From: Candidatus Latescibacterota bacterium
Lineage (GTDB): Bacteria; Latescibacterota; UBA2968; SICM01
DNA: 64,000 nt
Assembly (NCBI GenBank): GCA_965217865.1
Contig: CBDCJO010000002.1
Coordinates: 4,160,001-4,224,000 of the forward strand
Direction of reading: 5' to 3'
Part shown: positions 31,865-42,757 of the stretch, piece by piece
How the letters are laid out: the number at the start of each line of letters is the position of its first letter
Position numbering within the stretch: position 1 is the first letter of the stretch
Made by a program: the position numbers and the translations under genes
Notes under the pieces: generated by a model
What the model saw: the letters and a program-made list of their open reading frames with translations, nothing else
The model's database searches: none
What the model was told of the DNA's origin: nothing

Positions 31865-33493
31865 TTATTTTTTCTTCTTTAAATGAAAGTAGGGTGGATA
31901 AGTCATTAACCTTGGGTCTTCTATTGCTCCACCAACAGTAAAATGATACAGGCTTTGAAAGGTATTATCCATTAAGCCAATTACCTTATGAACTTCATCA
32001 TCAAAAAAACATCCTATCCCAGTTGAACGCAATCCATGGGCTTCTGCCTCTAGGTATAATATTTGTCCAATTATTCCAGTCTCCCAAAACAGATCCTTAT
32101 AGATAAATGGGTGGCTCTCAATTGGATTTTTAAACCAACTTAGCATTCCCAATGAAAAGGCGCTACTACCTGCAATGGATTGACCACAACTGACCATTTC
32201 GGCCATTCCCTGAAAATCACCGGTTTTAAGGAGATAAAGAGGTAAACCATTTTCTGTCTTTTGCCATTTTAAATGGGGGTCGGTTTTCTGTTTGAATTCA
32301 TTTAGATGACGAGGATTTCTGTTAAACAAATATAAACCGGCATCTAATCCTTCTACTCTGTGAACAAAAATTAAGAGGTCAACATTTTCACCAACCACTT
32401 CAACATCGTATGGTGCGCAACCTCTTCTTGGCAACGTTTTATCAAGCATTGCATAAAATTGTTGTTTTGTAACTGAGGTTTCACCGTCAAAGTCGACTGC
32501 ACTTCTTCTCTGCCGGAATATTTTGACTGCTTCAATTTCCGAAATTTCTTTTTCCACGAAATCTTCTAAAGCTAAGTTTAACGCTATTTGCTCTGTCAAT
32601 GGTTTTCTTGTTAATTTCCTGACGTTTTCAATGACTTCCCATTCAACATAATCATTGCTCAACCGGTTAGGAGTCCCCTCAATAGGAAAGGATTTAAAAT
32701 CTTCAATTATTTCATGCGGTATATTTCTAGGGATTAGTGTTTTATCTGACGGGTGTACATAAAAGAGAACCTCTGCACATTCTTGTTCCAGATCATGCCA
32801 TTTTGTTTTGTCAAATCCCAAAAGAGTTTCAATTGTGTCATCGGATTGTGAATTAAGACAAGTGACTTTCCATCCCAAAAGGTTTGCCGAAAAAGAAAAT
32901 GAAGCTATTGCATGCCCTATATCGTGCTGGCAATATCTAAATGCTCTCTCTCCATACTTCCATGCTTCCCTCCAGTAAATGCTGCTTAATGCCGCAATAA
33001 ATCCTTCAGATTTAAAATGCTCATTAATTTTATTCCAAGTTTCTTTTCCTGCTGATGCACGTTTCTCTAGAATATGAAGATAAGGGTTATAATGATATAC
33101 CCCTCCGGATAATGTTTCATTAATATCAGGAAGAACAAGGTATGCTTCGGTAGGATGAAGATTTCCACTTGATGGGTTGATACGGAGAGCCCATCGAGAA
33201 CCAGGCAATTCTTTCCAGGCAGAAAGCCCAAGTGATAATTCAAGAAAAGCACCTACTAAATCCGGTGTTAAGGCTTCTATTTTATTTAATTCTCTGTCGT
33301 AGATTCCATGGTAATTTGTTTTAAGATCATTTTTTATAAACGGGAGCTGGATTGAAGTTGCCCCCTTATATTCTCTATATGGGATGGGCTGATTCGCCCA
33401 ATCCATGTAGCCAAGTGATGGTGCAAACCTATTGAGATGATGTTTTGTTCTTTCGTGGTAGGCAACAACTTGGTCTGAAAGGCTTAGATTCAT
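31865..33493 (-). CDS. SagB/ThcOx-family tandem nitroreductase
   Basis: YHERTKH, LRINPSSGNLHPTE, WKYGERAFRY, TGIGCFFDD; markedly AT-rich. Confidence 0.88.
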   Translation of the reverse strand: MNLSLSDQVVAYHERTKHHLNRFAPSLGYMDWANQPIPYREYKGATSIQLPFIKNDLKTNYHGIYDRELNKIEALTPDLVGAFLELSLGLSAWKELPGSRWALRINPSSGNLHPTEAYLVLPDINETLSGGVYHYNPYLHILEKRASAGKETWNKINEHFKSEGFIAALSSIYWREAWKYGERAFRYCQHDIGHAIASFSFSANLLGWKVTCLNSQSDDTIETLLGFDKTKWHDLEQECAEVLFYVHPSDKTLIPRNIPHEIIEDFKSFPIEGTPNRLSNDYVEWEVIENVRKLTRKPLTEQIALNLALEDFVEKEISEIEAVKIFRQRRSAVDFDGETSVTKQQFYAMLDKTLPRRGCAPYDVEVVGENVDLLIFVHRVEGLDAGLYLFNRNPRHLNEFKQKTDPHLKWQKTENGLPLYLLKTGDFQGMAEMVSCGQSIAGSSAFSLGMLSWFKNPIESHPFIYKDLFWETGIIGQILYLEAEAHGLRSTGIGCFFDDEVHKVIGLMDNTFQSLYHFTVGGAIEDPRLMTYPPYFHLKKKK

Positions 33494-33706
33494 GAGAGGG
33501 GGATTATTAATTTAGTTTATATACTTTCTGAGAAGTTCTAGTATTTAAAAATACTACAATTATTCAAAAGCCCCCAAATTAATTTAATCCTGGAATTGTG
33601 TAATTCTACTTGCTACGTGCTTAGAAAATGCAAGGGCCCAGACCTACCTGAAGTGATGAACTCTCCCCGCACGACCGGCTATCACCCCTGTGCTTAGGGA
33701 TGCCTT

Positions 33707-34708
33707 ATGCGAATCCTGATCATTGGTGGAACAGATTTCATTCGATCCTCTATCGTAAAAAGGCTAAACGAGATGGGCAACGAAGTAGCCTTGTTTAACG
33801 GGGAACAAACCCAAGCCTTGCCAGCTGGTGTCAACAGAATCGAAGGGAAAAAGGAGAACCTCTCTGACTTTAGAGAAGAGTTCAAGGCTTTTGATCCACA
33901 GATAGTTGTTGACATAGTTCCTTTTGCCGAAGGAGAATCTCGCAACTTAATCAGGACGTTTGAGCGAACGGTAGATCGGATCGTGGCTGTGACCAGCCTG
34001 GATGTTTATCGTGCCTGTGAGGTCTGGGAACGGGATGCACCTGGACCAATAGAGCCAACTCCAATAACAGAGGAGTCACCGCTGAGGCAAAGCCGGGTTG
34101 GGGACGAAAATCCGGATCAGTCCCATTGTGAAACCATGATCGAAAAGGCTGTAATGAATGAATCCGAATCACCGGGTACTGTTTTGCGCATACCGAGGGT
34201 GTACGGTCCAGGGAGTCATAACCTGTTTTCGTACTTGAAGCGAATGGACGACAGCCGGCCTGCTTTTCTGATCGGGAAAGGTTTTGACCGGTGGCGCTGG
34301 ACCAGAGGATACGTAGAAAATGTCGCGGATGCCATAGCCACTGCGATCATAGACCGTCGAGCCGAAGGCAGGACTTACAATCTGGGTGAACCGGATGCTC
34401 TTCCTCAAGCAGAATGGGTGAGAGAGATCGGGCAAGCAGCGGGATGGAAGGGTGAAATCGTTGTCGTACCCACGGATGTCCTGCCCGATCATATGAGGGA
34501 CAACGACAACCCTGAACAAGACATGTTTGTTGACACAAGCCGGATAAGGAAAGAACTGGGATACACTGAGATATTTTCCCGGAAAGAAGCGCTAAAGCGA
34601 ACGATTAATTGGCTTCGAGCAAATCCACCTGATCGAGTTGATCCCAGGGAGTTCGACTACGCAGCAGAAGATAAGATATTAGACGGTTTGAAGCAGCACG
34701 GACATTAA
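33707..34708 (+). CDS. NAD-dependent epimerase/dehydratase family
   Basis: RILIIGGTDFI, VYGPG and YVENVADA motifs. Confidence 0.85.
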   Translation: MRILIIGGTDFIRSSIVKRLNEMGNEVALFNGEQTQALPAGVNRIEGKKENLSDFREEFKAFDPQIVVDIVPFAEGESRNLIRTFERTVDRIVAVTSLDVYRACEVWERDAPGPIEPTPITEESPLRQSRVGDENPDQSHCETMIEKAVMNESESPGTVLRIPRVYGPGSHNLFSYLKRMDDSRPAFLIGKGFDRWRWTRGYVENVADAIATAIIDRRAEGRTYNLGEPDALPQAEWVREIGQAAGWKGEIVVVPTDVLPDHMRDNDNPEQDMFVDTSRIRKELGYTEIFSRKEALKRTINWLRANPPDRVDPREFDYAAEDKILDGLKQHGH

Positions 34709-34920
34709 CGTGTAGGTCACGGCTACGGCGCGCTCCGCACCAACTCGCCAAATCCACCCACACCGAAGACGGCCGTGGGTTTTTCTTTTTCCCTTACTAC
34801 CAATTCCATATCTTAATCTATACACGGCCACTTCTACAACCTCTGAAATCGTTCGCCGCAAGCCAGGTTCGCCTGGGGCCAGACCGGACACACTCTTAGA
34901 TTCTGAGGAGAACGAGAATA

Positions 34921-35411
34921 GTGGACGCACACATCAGAGTAGGCACAAAGGCCCTCATTCTTCGAGACGACGCCATTCTGCTTGTTGAATACAATGACGA
35001 ATCGGGAATCCACTACAACATGCCAGGAGGTGGGATTGAGCCCGATGAGACTTTGGAGGAAGTACTTATAAGAGAGGTGAAAGAAGAGACTTGCGCCGAA
35101 ATCGAAGTCGGTCGACCACTCATCATTACGGAGTACGAGCCGAAGAGAAACTCATTCTGGGGAGGCCCTCTCCACAAGCTCACAGTGATTTTCGAGTGCA
35201 GTCTCAAAGGTGGCAAAGAACCCCGAATGCCACAGACACCTGACCCCATCAGACAGCGGTCAAGTGGATCCCCCTGGTTGATCTCGAAAACGTGGAATTG
35301 CTTCCACACGTTACAGATAAAGTTCTGGCCTACGCGAACAAACAGACAACTCTCTACCCAATCTATCTATGCGAACCCATAAACCCCGACAAAGTTCAGA
35401 AGTACCTTTGA
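34921..35411 (+). pseudogene. NUDIX hydrolase, frameshift at ~35248
   Basis: Nudix box GGGIEPDETLEEVLIREVKEET; C-terminus continues in another frame (QTAVKWIPL...). Confidence 0.75.
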
Positions 35412-35748
35412 TGTTCTTTGAAGAAAATTGTAGTAGGAGCCCTATTACGTGGGTACTACCGGCTAACACGCGCTTGCGGCTCGTCCTGCCAGCCTAGTTT
35501 AAATATGGGAGGAGAGACTTCAGAATTGCTGGCGGATAGCACAAACTTAGCTGGTCTGAAAAGGCTTCTGTCTTCACGTCAAGCCTTATATGGACGACCG
35601 TTTCAAGCGGGTCGGCGCTACGAAACTCTGGGTTTGCCAACAACAACAAAGGGTTTGTATCCACCTCAATCTCTTCAGCTTTTACTTCGAGCTCCGTTTC
35701 CCAGGTGGGACTAAGGTTTTCCGCAGCACGAATGAAAAATGAACCTAG

Positions 35749-37274
35749 CAGCCTGTTGAAAAAGTGCGTTTATGCCAAGATGACTGTTGTCTTTCCTTGT
35801 GGTTTGGTCCTATGATATATCAGGTTCAAACTGAGAAGGGAGGACGAGCAAATGGCAATGGGAAAACGAGGACGACAGAGACAGGAAAACCTGTTCATCG
35901 CATCGAACACTTTGGTGAAATCTCCGGGTCATCCGTTCTACGAGAAGCTGAATCAGGTATTGGGGGCGAACGGCTTCGACGAGTTCGTCGAGGGGCTTTG
36001 CCAGCGGTATTACGCTCCTCATATGGGTCGCAAGGGCATTCCGCCCGGGGTTTATTTTCGGATGCTTTTGATTGGGTATTTCGAGGGACTTGATTCGGAA
36101 CGTGGGATCGAATGGCGTGTATCTGACTCGCTGACGTTGCGCCGGTTTTTGGGGTATGCCCTTGACGAACAGACCCCGGATCATTCCAGCCTGTCTCGCA
36201 TCCGGCATCGGCTTCCCTTGGAAGTTCACGAAGCGGTTTTCAAGTGGATCCTGAGGGTCTTGTGCAAAGCGGGTCTGGTGAAGGGGAAGACGTTGGGCGT
36301 GGATGCTACGACACTGGAGGCCAACGCCGCGATGCGCAGCATTGTACGCCGTGACACGGGTGAAGGCTACCAGGCATTCCTTGAGAATCTGGCCAAGGCC
36401 TCGGGCATTGAAACGCCTACCCGCGAGGACTTGTCCAAGATCGATAAGAAGCGACCGAAGAAGGGATCGAACCAGGACTGGGAGCACCCGCACGACCCGG
36501 ATGCCAAGATCGCTAAGATGAAGGACGGTCGCACGCACATGGCGCACAAGGTGGAGCACGCGGTGGATCTGGACACCAATGCCATTGTGGCAGTGGCGTT
36601 GTCGGGAGCAGATGAAGGAGATACCGAGTCGTTGCCCTGGACGCTGCTCGAGGCGCCGCTCAATCTCAAGCAGGTCGCGAAGGACGAAAAAGCTGCCAAA
36701 CGTTTGCACAGACAGCGTATACGGGAGGTGGTTGCGGACAAAGGATATCATAGCAACGATGTATTGACCAGTCTGAAGCAAGGCGGCATCCGGAGTTACA
36801 TTTCAGAACCGGATCGGGGACGCCGCAAGTGGAACGGCCGACGAGATGAGCAGGCCGCGGTATATGCGAATCGACGCCGGATCAAGGGAGATCGCGGCAA
36901 GGCCTTGCGCCGAAGTCGTGCAGAACGGGTGGAAAGAACCATCGCTCACACATATGATACCGGTGGCATGCGCAGGTTGCACTTGAGAGACCGCGGCAAT
37001 ATCCTCAAGCGTTTGCTGATCCACATCGGGGGCTGCAACCTGGCTCTGCTCATGCGCAAAGTGATGGGCGTAGGTACTCCGAAGGCCCTCCAGGACCTGG
37101 CCAAGGCCTTGCAGCGTCTACTGCTCGTCCTACAATCACGTTTGCTGCCCTCGGTCACCTTTTTAACCTCTTATCAGCGTCTCCTGCTCAATCTCCTTAC
37201 CTTGATTTATCTGACCCGCACTCCAGGCGTCTTTTCCGTTTATGTGCGTTGAAAGGTAGTTCTTCAACGGGCTG
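35749..37274 (+). mobile_element. IS1182/IS5-like IS, copy 3 (transposase 35852-37252)
   Basis: 1526-bp core flanked by CTAG on both sides. Confidence 0.9.
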
Positions 37275-37504
37275 CTAGGGGCTTTATCTCTCCCCAGACA
37301 ATTTTCTGTTCTCTGTGCCATCTTTGGGCCGCATCTGGACGATTCAAATGGTCCAGGATCACCCAAGTCATCGACATCGGGATATTGAATGTTACTCTAC
37401 CTTCTGACGGTGCTAGTTTAAATGTCAAAGCGCATGTGGGATTGGGCAGAGATTGGATGAAATCGACATATGCCTCCTGACTCACTGATCCGACTTTCAC
37501 CTGC

Positions 37505-39071
37505 TGTATCTATTCTGAGATAACAAGAGAAAAGCAGATAAAGGTCCAAGCAAGATTCAGGCAGCCTTGTGGATGGTCTGGGATGTTCTTTGCCGATTGA
37601 TTTCTATGCGGCGCTGCCGAGCCTCCTCCTTTCGACCTTGTCGGTGGTGAAGAATCTTTTGATGCTGGCCTTTATGCCTCTGAAGAGGCGTGACATACTG
37701 TATTGCCCCGTGATAGCGTTCGGCGTTGTAGCTGTGAATGAAGGAATCAATCAGGCCTTCCAGTTGATGGAATGTGAAGATGTCCTGGAAGCGCAGCCAG
37801 TCGTATTTGAATGTCCGGAAAAAGGCTTCGATCCAGGCGTTGTCCGTGGGTGTTTGATATCGGGCAAACAGCTGCGAGATGCCCAGGTCCTTGAAGAATT
37901 GGGCCATCGATTTGGCCTTCATCTGAGATCCGTGATCTGAGAGGGCTGTCAAGCTTATGGGCCCAGTGTCCAGGTCCAGCAGTCCTTCGTTGGCAAGGGC
38001 TTGATCCCAGGCCTGTTTGACCTGCTCCACGGTCGCGTTGAAGGAGAGCTTCCATCCTACGATCTTCCTGGAATACACGTCGAGAATGGCGGTAAAATAC
38101 AGGAACAAACCGAAAAATGGGATGTAGGTCAGGTCCCAGCTCCAGACCTGATTAGGACCTTCAGGTTTGACCTGGGGCTTGCTCTGCTTGACCGGCGTCC
38201 TCACCTGTTTCCTGCGTGCCAGACGTTCTTTCCTGGCCTGTCGGTAGAAGCTGGAGGCCGAGGCCTGCACTACCCCCTTCTCTGAGGCTACCACCGCCAG
38301 CTGATGGGGAGGCAGATCGGCATAGGTCTCATCCCTTAAGAGGGCCGGGATTTGCTCTTTCTCCTCCCTCAGCAATCCGTGTGGGGCCTCATCAGGGGCG
38401 GGCCCGGGCTTCCCATCCAAAAGCGGGTCCGACACCCCATCCAGCTTCTCTTCTCGATCTCGCCGGCTCCAGGCACAATACCGCTGGAGGGGAAGCTGTA
38501 GGATCTCGCAAGAACGGGTGAGTTTCACCCCTTTCTCCTTGGCCCGATGGACCATTAAGAGGATCTCGCGTTTGACCTCAGCTTGCACCCGGTGGCCCTT
38601 GATCGGGCCTGTCAGATCCCATTCACACTTTTTTTTAGCAGGGAAAGTTCCACAGATTGCTCAATGATCGTTTGCTCCAGGCGTGCCCGCTCTTTGCGCA
38701 GCTGCTCCACCTCCTCAGCCGATACCATCGGCTTGCGGCTCCGGCGACCCTTGAACTCCTTGAGGGCCCCGGACTTGACCGACTCACGAATACGCTTTAG
38801 ATCCGAGGAATGAATGCCCCATTTCCGCAGCACCTGTGCAATGGGAACATCTCCCCGGCTGGCTTCAAGGAAAATCTCATACTTCTGTTCCGGGGACAAG
38901 CTCCTGCGCTTCTTGACCGGGTCACTGTTTGAGGACAGTTGCTCCATCTTTACTCCTCCTGTGAGGTCAGGGATATCCCAAAATATGTATCCCTTCTCAA
39001 CCCTACAGGCAACCAGGATCTTGCTTCGACCTTGCCCCCGTTTTTTCGGGCGATCTCAGACAAAAGATACC
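37505..39071 (-). mobile_element. IS3-family IS
   Basis: ~50-bp imperfect TIR (TGTATCTATTCTGAGAT...AAGGTCCAAGCAAGAT vs GGTATCTTTTGTCTGAGAT...AAGGTCGAAGCAAGAT); 3-4 bp target duplication (C)TGC. Confidence 0.85.
37557..38947 (-). CDS. IS3 transposase OrfA (38612-38947) / OrfB (37557-38588) joined by -1 frameshift
   Basis: HTH OrfA; rve motifs WSWDLTY, SDHGSQ, DNAWIEAF; A8G slippery run at 38628-38636 followed by hairpin GGCCC..GGGCC. Confidence 0.88.
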
Positions 39072-39881
39072 TGCGTGCTGCTTCCCAATCCATTTGAAAT
39101 GAGCATTCCCATCAAATTCGCCAACTTGACGTGAAGTTTCTCCAAGCCCTTCAAGTGTTTCTGAACTTTTTCGGCAAATTCCTGATTTGCCGAAAGTCGT
39201 TGGTTCTTGCCAGCCATGTTCATCAACTCCTTTCTCAATCGGTTCCTGGAAGTATGGAGCTGATTGTTAACTTTCGTCACGGCGATCTCCAGGAAGGAGG
39301 CTATTTCCTTCTGAGAGAGCTCGGCGATATAGAAGAGAATCACAACAGTAAGTTCAGGCTCTGAAAGTGCTTCGATTGCGGTCAGCACCTCTTCTTTTCG
39401 ATTCCTTTCATCCAGAAGCTCGTCTGGACTTTTTTGGTCCGAGGCCACATCCCGGGCCTCATCTAATTGTTCAGTTGGAACTTGCTTTCCCCGAGTGAGC
39501 CGATCACACTGAGTCAAGATCACTCTGCGAAACCACCCTGGAAATGCGGAAGGCACTTTCAGGTTGCGTAGATTTACGAAGGCACCAATAAACGCTTCCT
39601 GAGCAGCATCTTGTGCCAAATGCCAATCCCTGAGTTGCGAGAAAGCAAAGGCCACTGCCATGTCCTGGAACCGCCGAACAATTGTGTCAAAAGCGTCCAG
39701 ATCGCCATTTTGAGCCCGAACTACGACGGCATCTAGCTCTTCCATCTCCCATCCTATCTTATTAGAAGGCCTTCTACGTATAAAGACCCAACCTGGCGCC
39801 AATAGCTTTATAGAGAACTTTCTATCATCTAAAAAGGCCCATCGCCAGTGCCCTCTTACAGGGAATGTAAGTAATTGTGCT

Positions 39882-40676
39882 ATGGAAACAGAAGAGGTTT
39901 ACGAGCTTGCCGAGAAATTGGGGTGTGCGCAGGCAAGGATCGCTGACCGTTCGCCTTCGCCGGGAACTGTCGACACGTCCGTTCCTGGATTGCGGCTGAC
40001 GATTGTCCCGTCGCATGATACACCATATCCTTCGAGCAATCAAAACCGCGCACAGACTCTTCCTGGCGGAGTCGGCTGGCAGAAAGACTCCGCAGCAAAA
40101 TGCGTCGACCGCTACGTGGACGCGGGCGTGGAACGCTTTTTTGTATGGGTCAACGCGTGTCCTGATTGTGAGCGGATTGTACGTGATCTAAAGAGTGCGG
40201 GATTCAGGAGTTTTACAGGCGCCGGTTATCCAGTCTTGGCGCGCTCAGCCGACCGGATCCCGCAACCCGACACGTCATTCGTCGTCCGGCCCTTCAACCC
40301 TTCCCGGGATCGCAAGCGAATTGGTGACTACCCCGATTCAGAACGCCGTGAGGCCATCGTGCGTTCGCTTAAGCATGGCGACGAGCAGTATTTTATTGCT
40401 TGGGAGGGGAAGACCCCAGTTGCAACCGCTTCGGTAGTCGTGAACGGCCTGCTGGGCTATCTTTATGGCACTTTCACACTGGAGCCATATCGTGGCAGAG
40501 GAGCACAGACGGCCCTGATCGCAGCTCGCGTAAACTACGCAGTTGAACTAGGCTGCAAGTGGGTCGCCTCTGAGACGGTAAGTCGAGCCAAGACCTCCTT
40601 GGGGAATCTTAAGCGTCAGGGATTTCGCGTCATATACAAGAAACGAGTCTTCTCCTGGAAGGAGAAGCTCAAATAA
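39882..40676 (+). CDS. GNAT N-acetyltransferase (C-terminal domain)
   Basis: TLEPYRGRGAQTALIAAR...SLGNLKRQGF. Confidence 0.8.
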   Translation: METEEVYELAEKLGCAQARIADRSPSPGTVDTSVPGLRLTIVPSHDTPYPSSNQNRAQTLPGGVGWQKDSAAKCVDRYVDAGVERFFVWVNACPDCERIVRDLKSAGFRSFTGAGYPVLARSADRIPQPDTSFVVRPFNPSRDRKRIGDYPDSERREAIVRSLKHGDEQYFIAWEGKTPVATASVVVNGLLGYLYGTFTLEPYRGRGAQTALIAARVNYAVELGCKWVASETVSRAKTSLGNLKRQGFRVIYKKRVFSWKEKLK

Positions 40677-40761
40677 CGAGTCCCCTTCGGCCATCAAGGA
40701 CGGGCACTGGTGATGGGGCTTTTTAGATCGACGAAGGAGATTCGTTTAATTCGACGACACG

Positions 40762-42198
40762 TCAATTTACCCTGGGAAAGAGCACGGCTCCCTGACGAAT
40801 CTCCGGTCCAGAAAATCTCTCCTTGATTTCTTGCCCGGTTCCGGGTAGAAATGGGGCCAGCCCCTCTCCCACCGATCTAATCGAATCCACCCACCTGGTC
40901 AGGTGCCCTCGAAGGGCGGAAATTCTACCTTCCTTAAGGAGGTCCCACGGTCTGACACTTTCTATTTGCCGGTTCAGATCTGTCACACCCCCTTGTAGGA
41001 TTTCCAAGCATTTGTGATACAGAAATCGATCCGCATAATACGCAACATCAGCGGGCGGATTTGAACCCCTGCCTGGCGTCACTTTGATTCTCGCCCTTTC
41101 ACATAGAGTTTCGAGGCGTCGGACGAGGTTGCCAATACCATTCGCCAGCTCGGACGAGTATACCTCCCGGAACCTGGTGAGCGAAAAGTCCCCATCCGCT
41201 CCGCTGGGGATCGCCCTCAGAAGGAAATAGCGGAGGGGGTCCGGTCCGTACTGGTCGATGATCGGGAAGGGATCGACCGCGTTGTGGCTGGATTTGCTGA
41301 TCTTTTCGCCGTCGACCGTAAGGAAACCGTGCACCACCAACTTATCGGGAAGAGGCAGCCCTGCGGACAGCAGCATCGCCGGCCAGTAGATTGCGTGGAA
41401 GCGAAGGATGTCCTTGCCGATCACGTGTATCTTGCAGGATTGGTCGTTCCAGAAACGCTCGAAGTCTTCGTCGTTTCGGCCAAAGCCGATTCCGGTAAGG
41501 TAGTTTGTCAAAGCATCAAACCAGACATAGAGCACCTGGGATGGGTCCCCCGGAACAGGGACTCCCCAGCCGCCGGACCTCTCGCAAGGCCTGGAAATGC
41601 TGAAATCCACCAGTCCCCGGCGAACGAACTCCAGGGCTTCGTTCTCTCTTGCTTGAGGAAATATCCGGAGCCGCCCGGATGATATCAGGTCTTCGAGTTC
41701 TCGCTGGTAGGCAGAGAGTCGGAAGAAGTAGTTCGTCTCTTCCACAACCTCAGGTTTGGTGGAGTGGATCGGACAACGGCCTTCATCCAGCTCCTCTTCT
41801 TCATAGAAGCCTTCGCAGCCTGCGCAATAGAGCCCCTTATAACGGTGGGGAAAAATGTCACCTTTTCGACAAAGTTCCCAGAATTTCGAAGCACCCAGAT
41901 GATGCGCCGTCAAGGATGTTCGGATGAAGTTGCCGTTTGAAATAAGCAACTCTGCGGACAACCTCTTGAACACGTCCGCGTTTCGATCACAGAGCGCTTG
42001 AGGCGTTAGGCCTGCTTGTTCAGCGGACCGAACGTTCTTCAGGGCATTCTCGTCCGTTCCGGTGAGCAAGAAGGTTTCATTCCCTCTTAGACTTTCCACT
42101 CTGGTAATCACGTCAGCCAGAACGAGTTCAAACGCAAATCCGACGTGGGGGTCCGCGTTTACGTAGGGAATGGATGTTGAGACAAAGGTGGTATTCAT
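40762..42198 (-). CDS. metG: Methionyl-tRNA synthetase, short form without C-terminal tRNA-binding domain
   Basis: IPYVNADPHVGF (HIGH variant), TGTDEN, CAGC..CPIH knuckle, YVWFDAL, GKDILRFH, KISKS. Confidence 0.92.
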   Translation of the reverse strand: MNTTFVSTSIPYVNADPHVGFAFELVLADVITRVESLRGNETFLLTGTDENALKNVRSAEQAGLTPQALCDRNADVFKRLSAELLISNGNFIRTSLTAHHLGASKFWELCRKGDIFPHRYKGLYCAGCEGFYEEEELDEGRCPIHSTKPEVVEETNYFFRLSAYQRELEDLISSGRLRIFPQARENEALEFVRRGLVDFSISRPCERSGGWGVPVPGDPSQVLYVWFDALTNYLTGIGFGRNDEDFERFWNDQSCKIHVIGKDILRFHAIYWPAMLLSAGLPLPDKLVVHGFLTVDGEKISKSSHNAVDPFPIIDQYGPDPLRYFLLRAIPSGADGDFSLTRFREVYSSELANGIGNLVRRLETLCERARIKVTPGRGSNPPADVAYYADRFLYHKCLEILQGGVTDLNRQIESVRPWDLLKEGRISALRGHLTRWVDSIRSVGEGLAPFLPGTGQEIKERFSGPEIRQGAVLFPRVN

Positions 42199-42325
42199 GG
42201 CACGTCCTTTCCTTATCGAATGCTTTATGAGAGGTGACCGATTTTGACGTGCGCATCCGTTCCAATCCGCCGTTGCTACCTGCCGAAAAGCACTTCATTT
42301 TGCCTCCAGTTTGCCCAAAGAGGGC

Positions 42326-42362
42326 AAAAGAAAAAGCCCGCTGCCAAATCCTGACAGCGGGC
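42326..42362 (-). terminator. Intrinsic terminator (attenuator 3:4 hairpin) upstream of metG
   Basis: GCCCGCTGTCA-GGATT-TGGCAGCGGGC followed by TTTTTCTTTT. Confidence 0.85.
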
Positions 42363-42387
42363 CCTTAGATCGATAGATTGAATCAGT

Positions 42388-42528
42388 TTATGTTCTATAG
42401 TCCAGAGGGTATTCCACTGCCGCGGAAACTCTATCTCGCATAGACATACCCATGCCATTCCGGACAGTGGAGGTGCTTTGCCAATCTTGACAAACTGATT
42501 GAAAACCAAACGTGGCCTTGATTGCCAT
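42388..42528 (-). CDS. Putative 46-aa metG leader peptide with MGMSM control codons
   Basis: AAGGAG RBS; MAIKATFGFQSVCQDWQSTSTVRNGMGMSMRDRVSAAVEYPLDYRT*; stop 25 nt before the terminator. Confidence 0.7.
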   Translation of the reverse strand: MAIKATFGFQSVCQDWQSTSTVRNGMGMSMRDRVSAAVEYPLDYRT

Positions 42529-42554
42529 GAAATTCTCCTTTTGCAGCATAAATA

Positions 42555-42583
42555 AATCTACCTTAATACCGATCCTCTGTCAA
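42555..42583 (-). promoter_or_regulatory. sigma70 promoter of the leader-metG unit
   Basis: TTGACA-17 bp-TAGATT. Confidence 0.75.
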
Positions 42584-42604
42584 GTGGGGAGGTTTTGCTG
42601 CAAC

Positions 42605-42740
42605 GCCTAACAAGCTTTTGCGGCTCGGCGTATCCACACCCCTCGACGACTTCTCCCTCTCACTGATCCCAGCTGGCCACGAAGTCGTCGATGTCGAAAT
42701 CCGCTGGCATTTCGTAAAAGAAGTATTTCATCGGTTAACT
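42605..42740 (+). other. attC-like site
   Basis: GCCTAACAAGCTTTTGCG...CGTAAAAG...GTTAACT with inner IR TCGACGACTTC / GAAGTCGTCGA. Confidence 0.5.
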
Positions 42741-42757
42741 CACAAGAGGCAAATCTT

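Larger units (their letters stand above)
35494..39745 (-). pseudogene. ECF sigma factor with C-terminal FliM/CheC-like domain, interrupted by IS3 and IS copy 3
   Basis: Joining 39745-39075, 37504-37279 and 35748-35494 gives 1152 nt, a 383-aa open frame: sigma2 (AQDAAQEAF..FPGWF), sigma4 (SQKEIASFL), then VGSVSQEAYVDFIQSLPNPTC...DTNP...LSLCYP. Confidence 0.8.

Noticed and set aside
42276-42509. 77-aa ORF upstream of metG, or a T-box leader
   Set aside because: The ORF has a TTG start without an RBS and runs through the terminator; no T-box UGGNACC motif is seen. The 46-aa AUG frame fits better.
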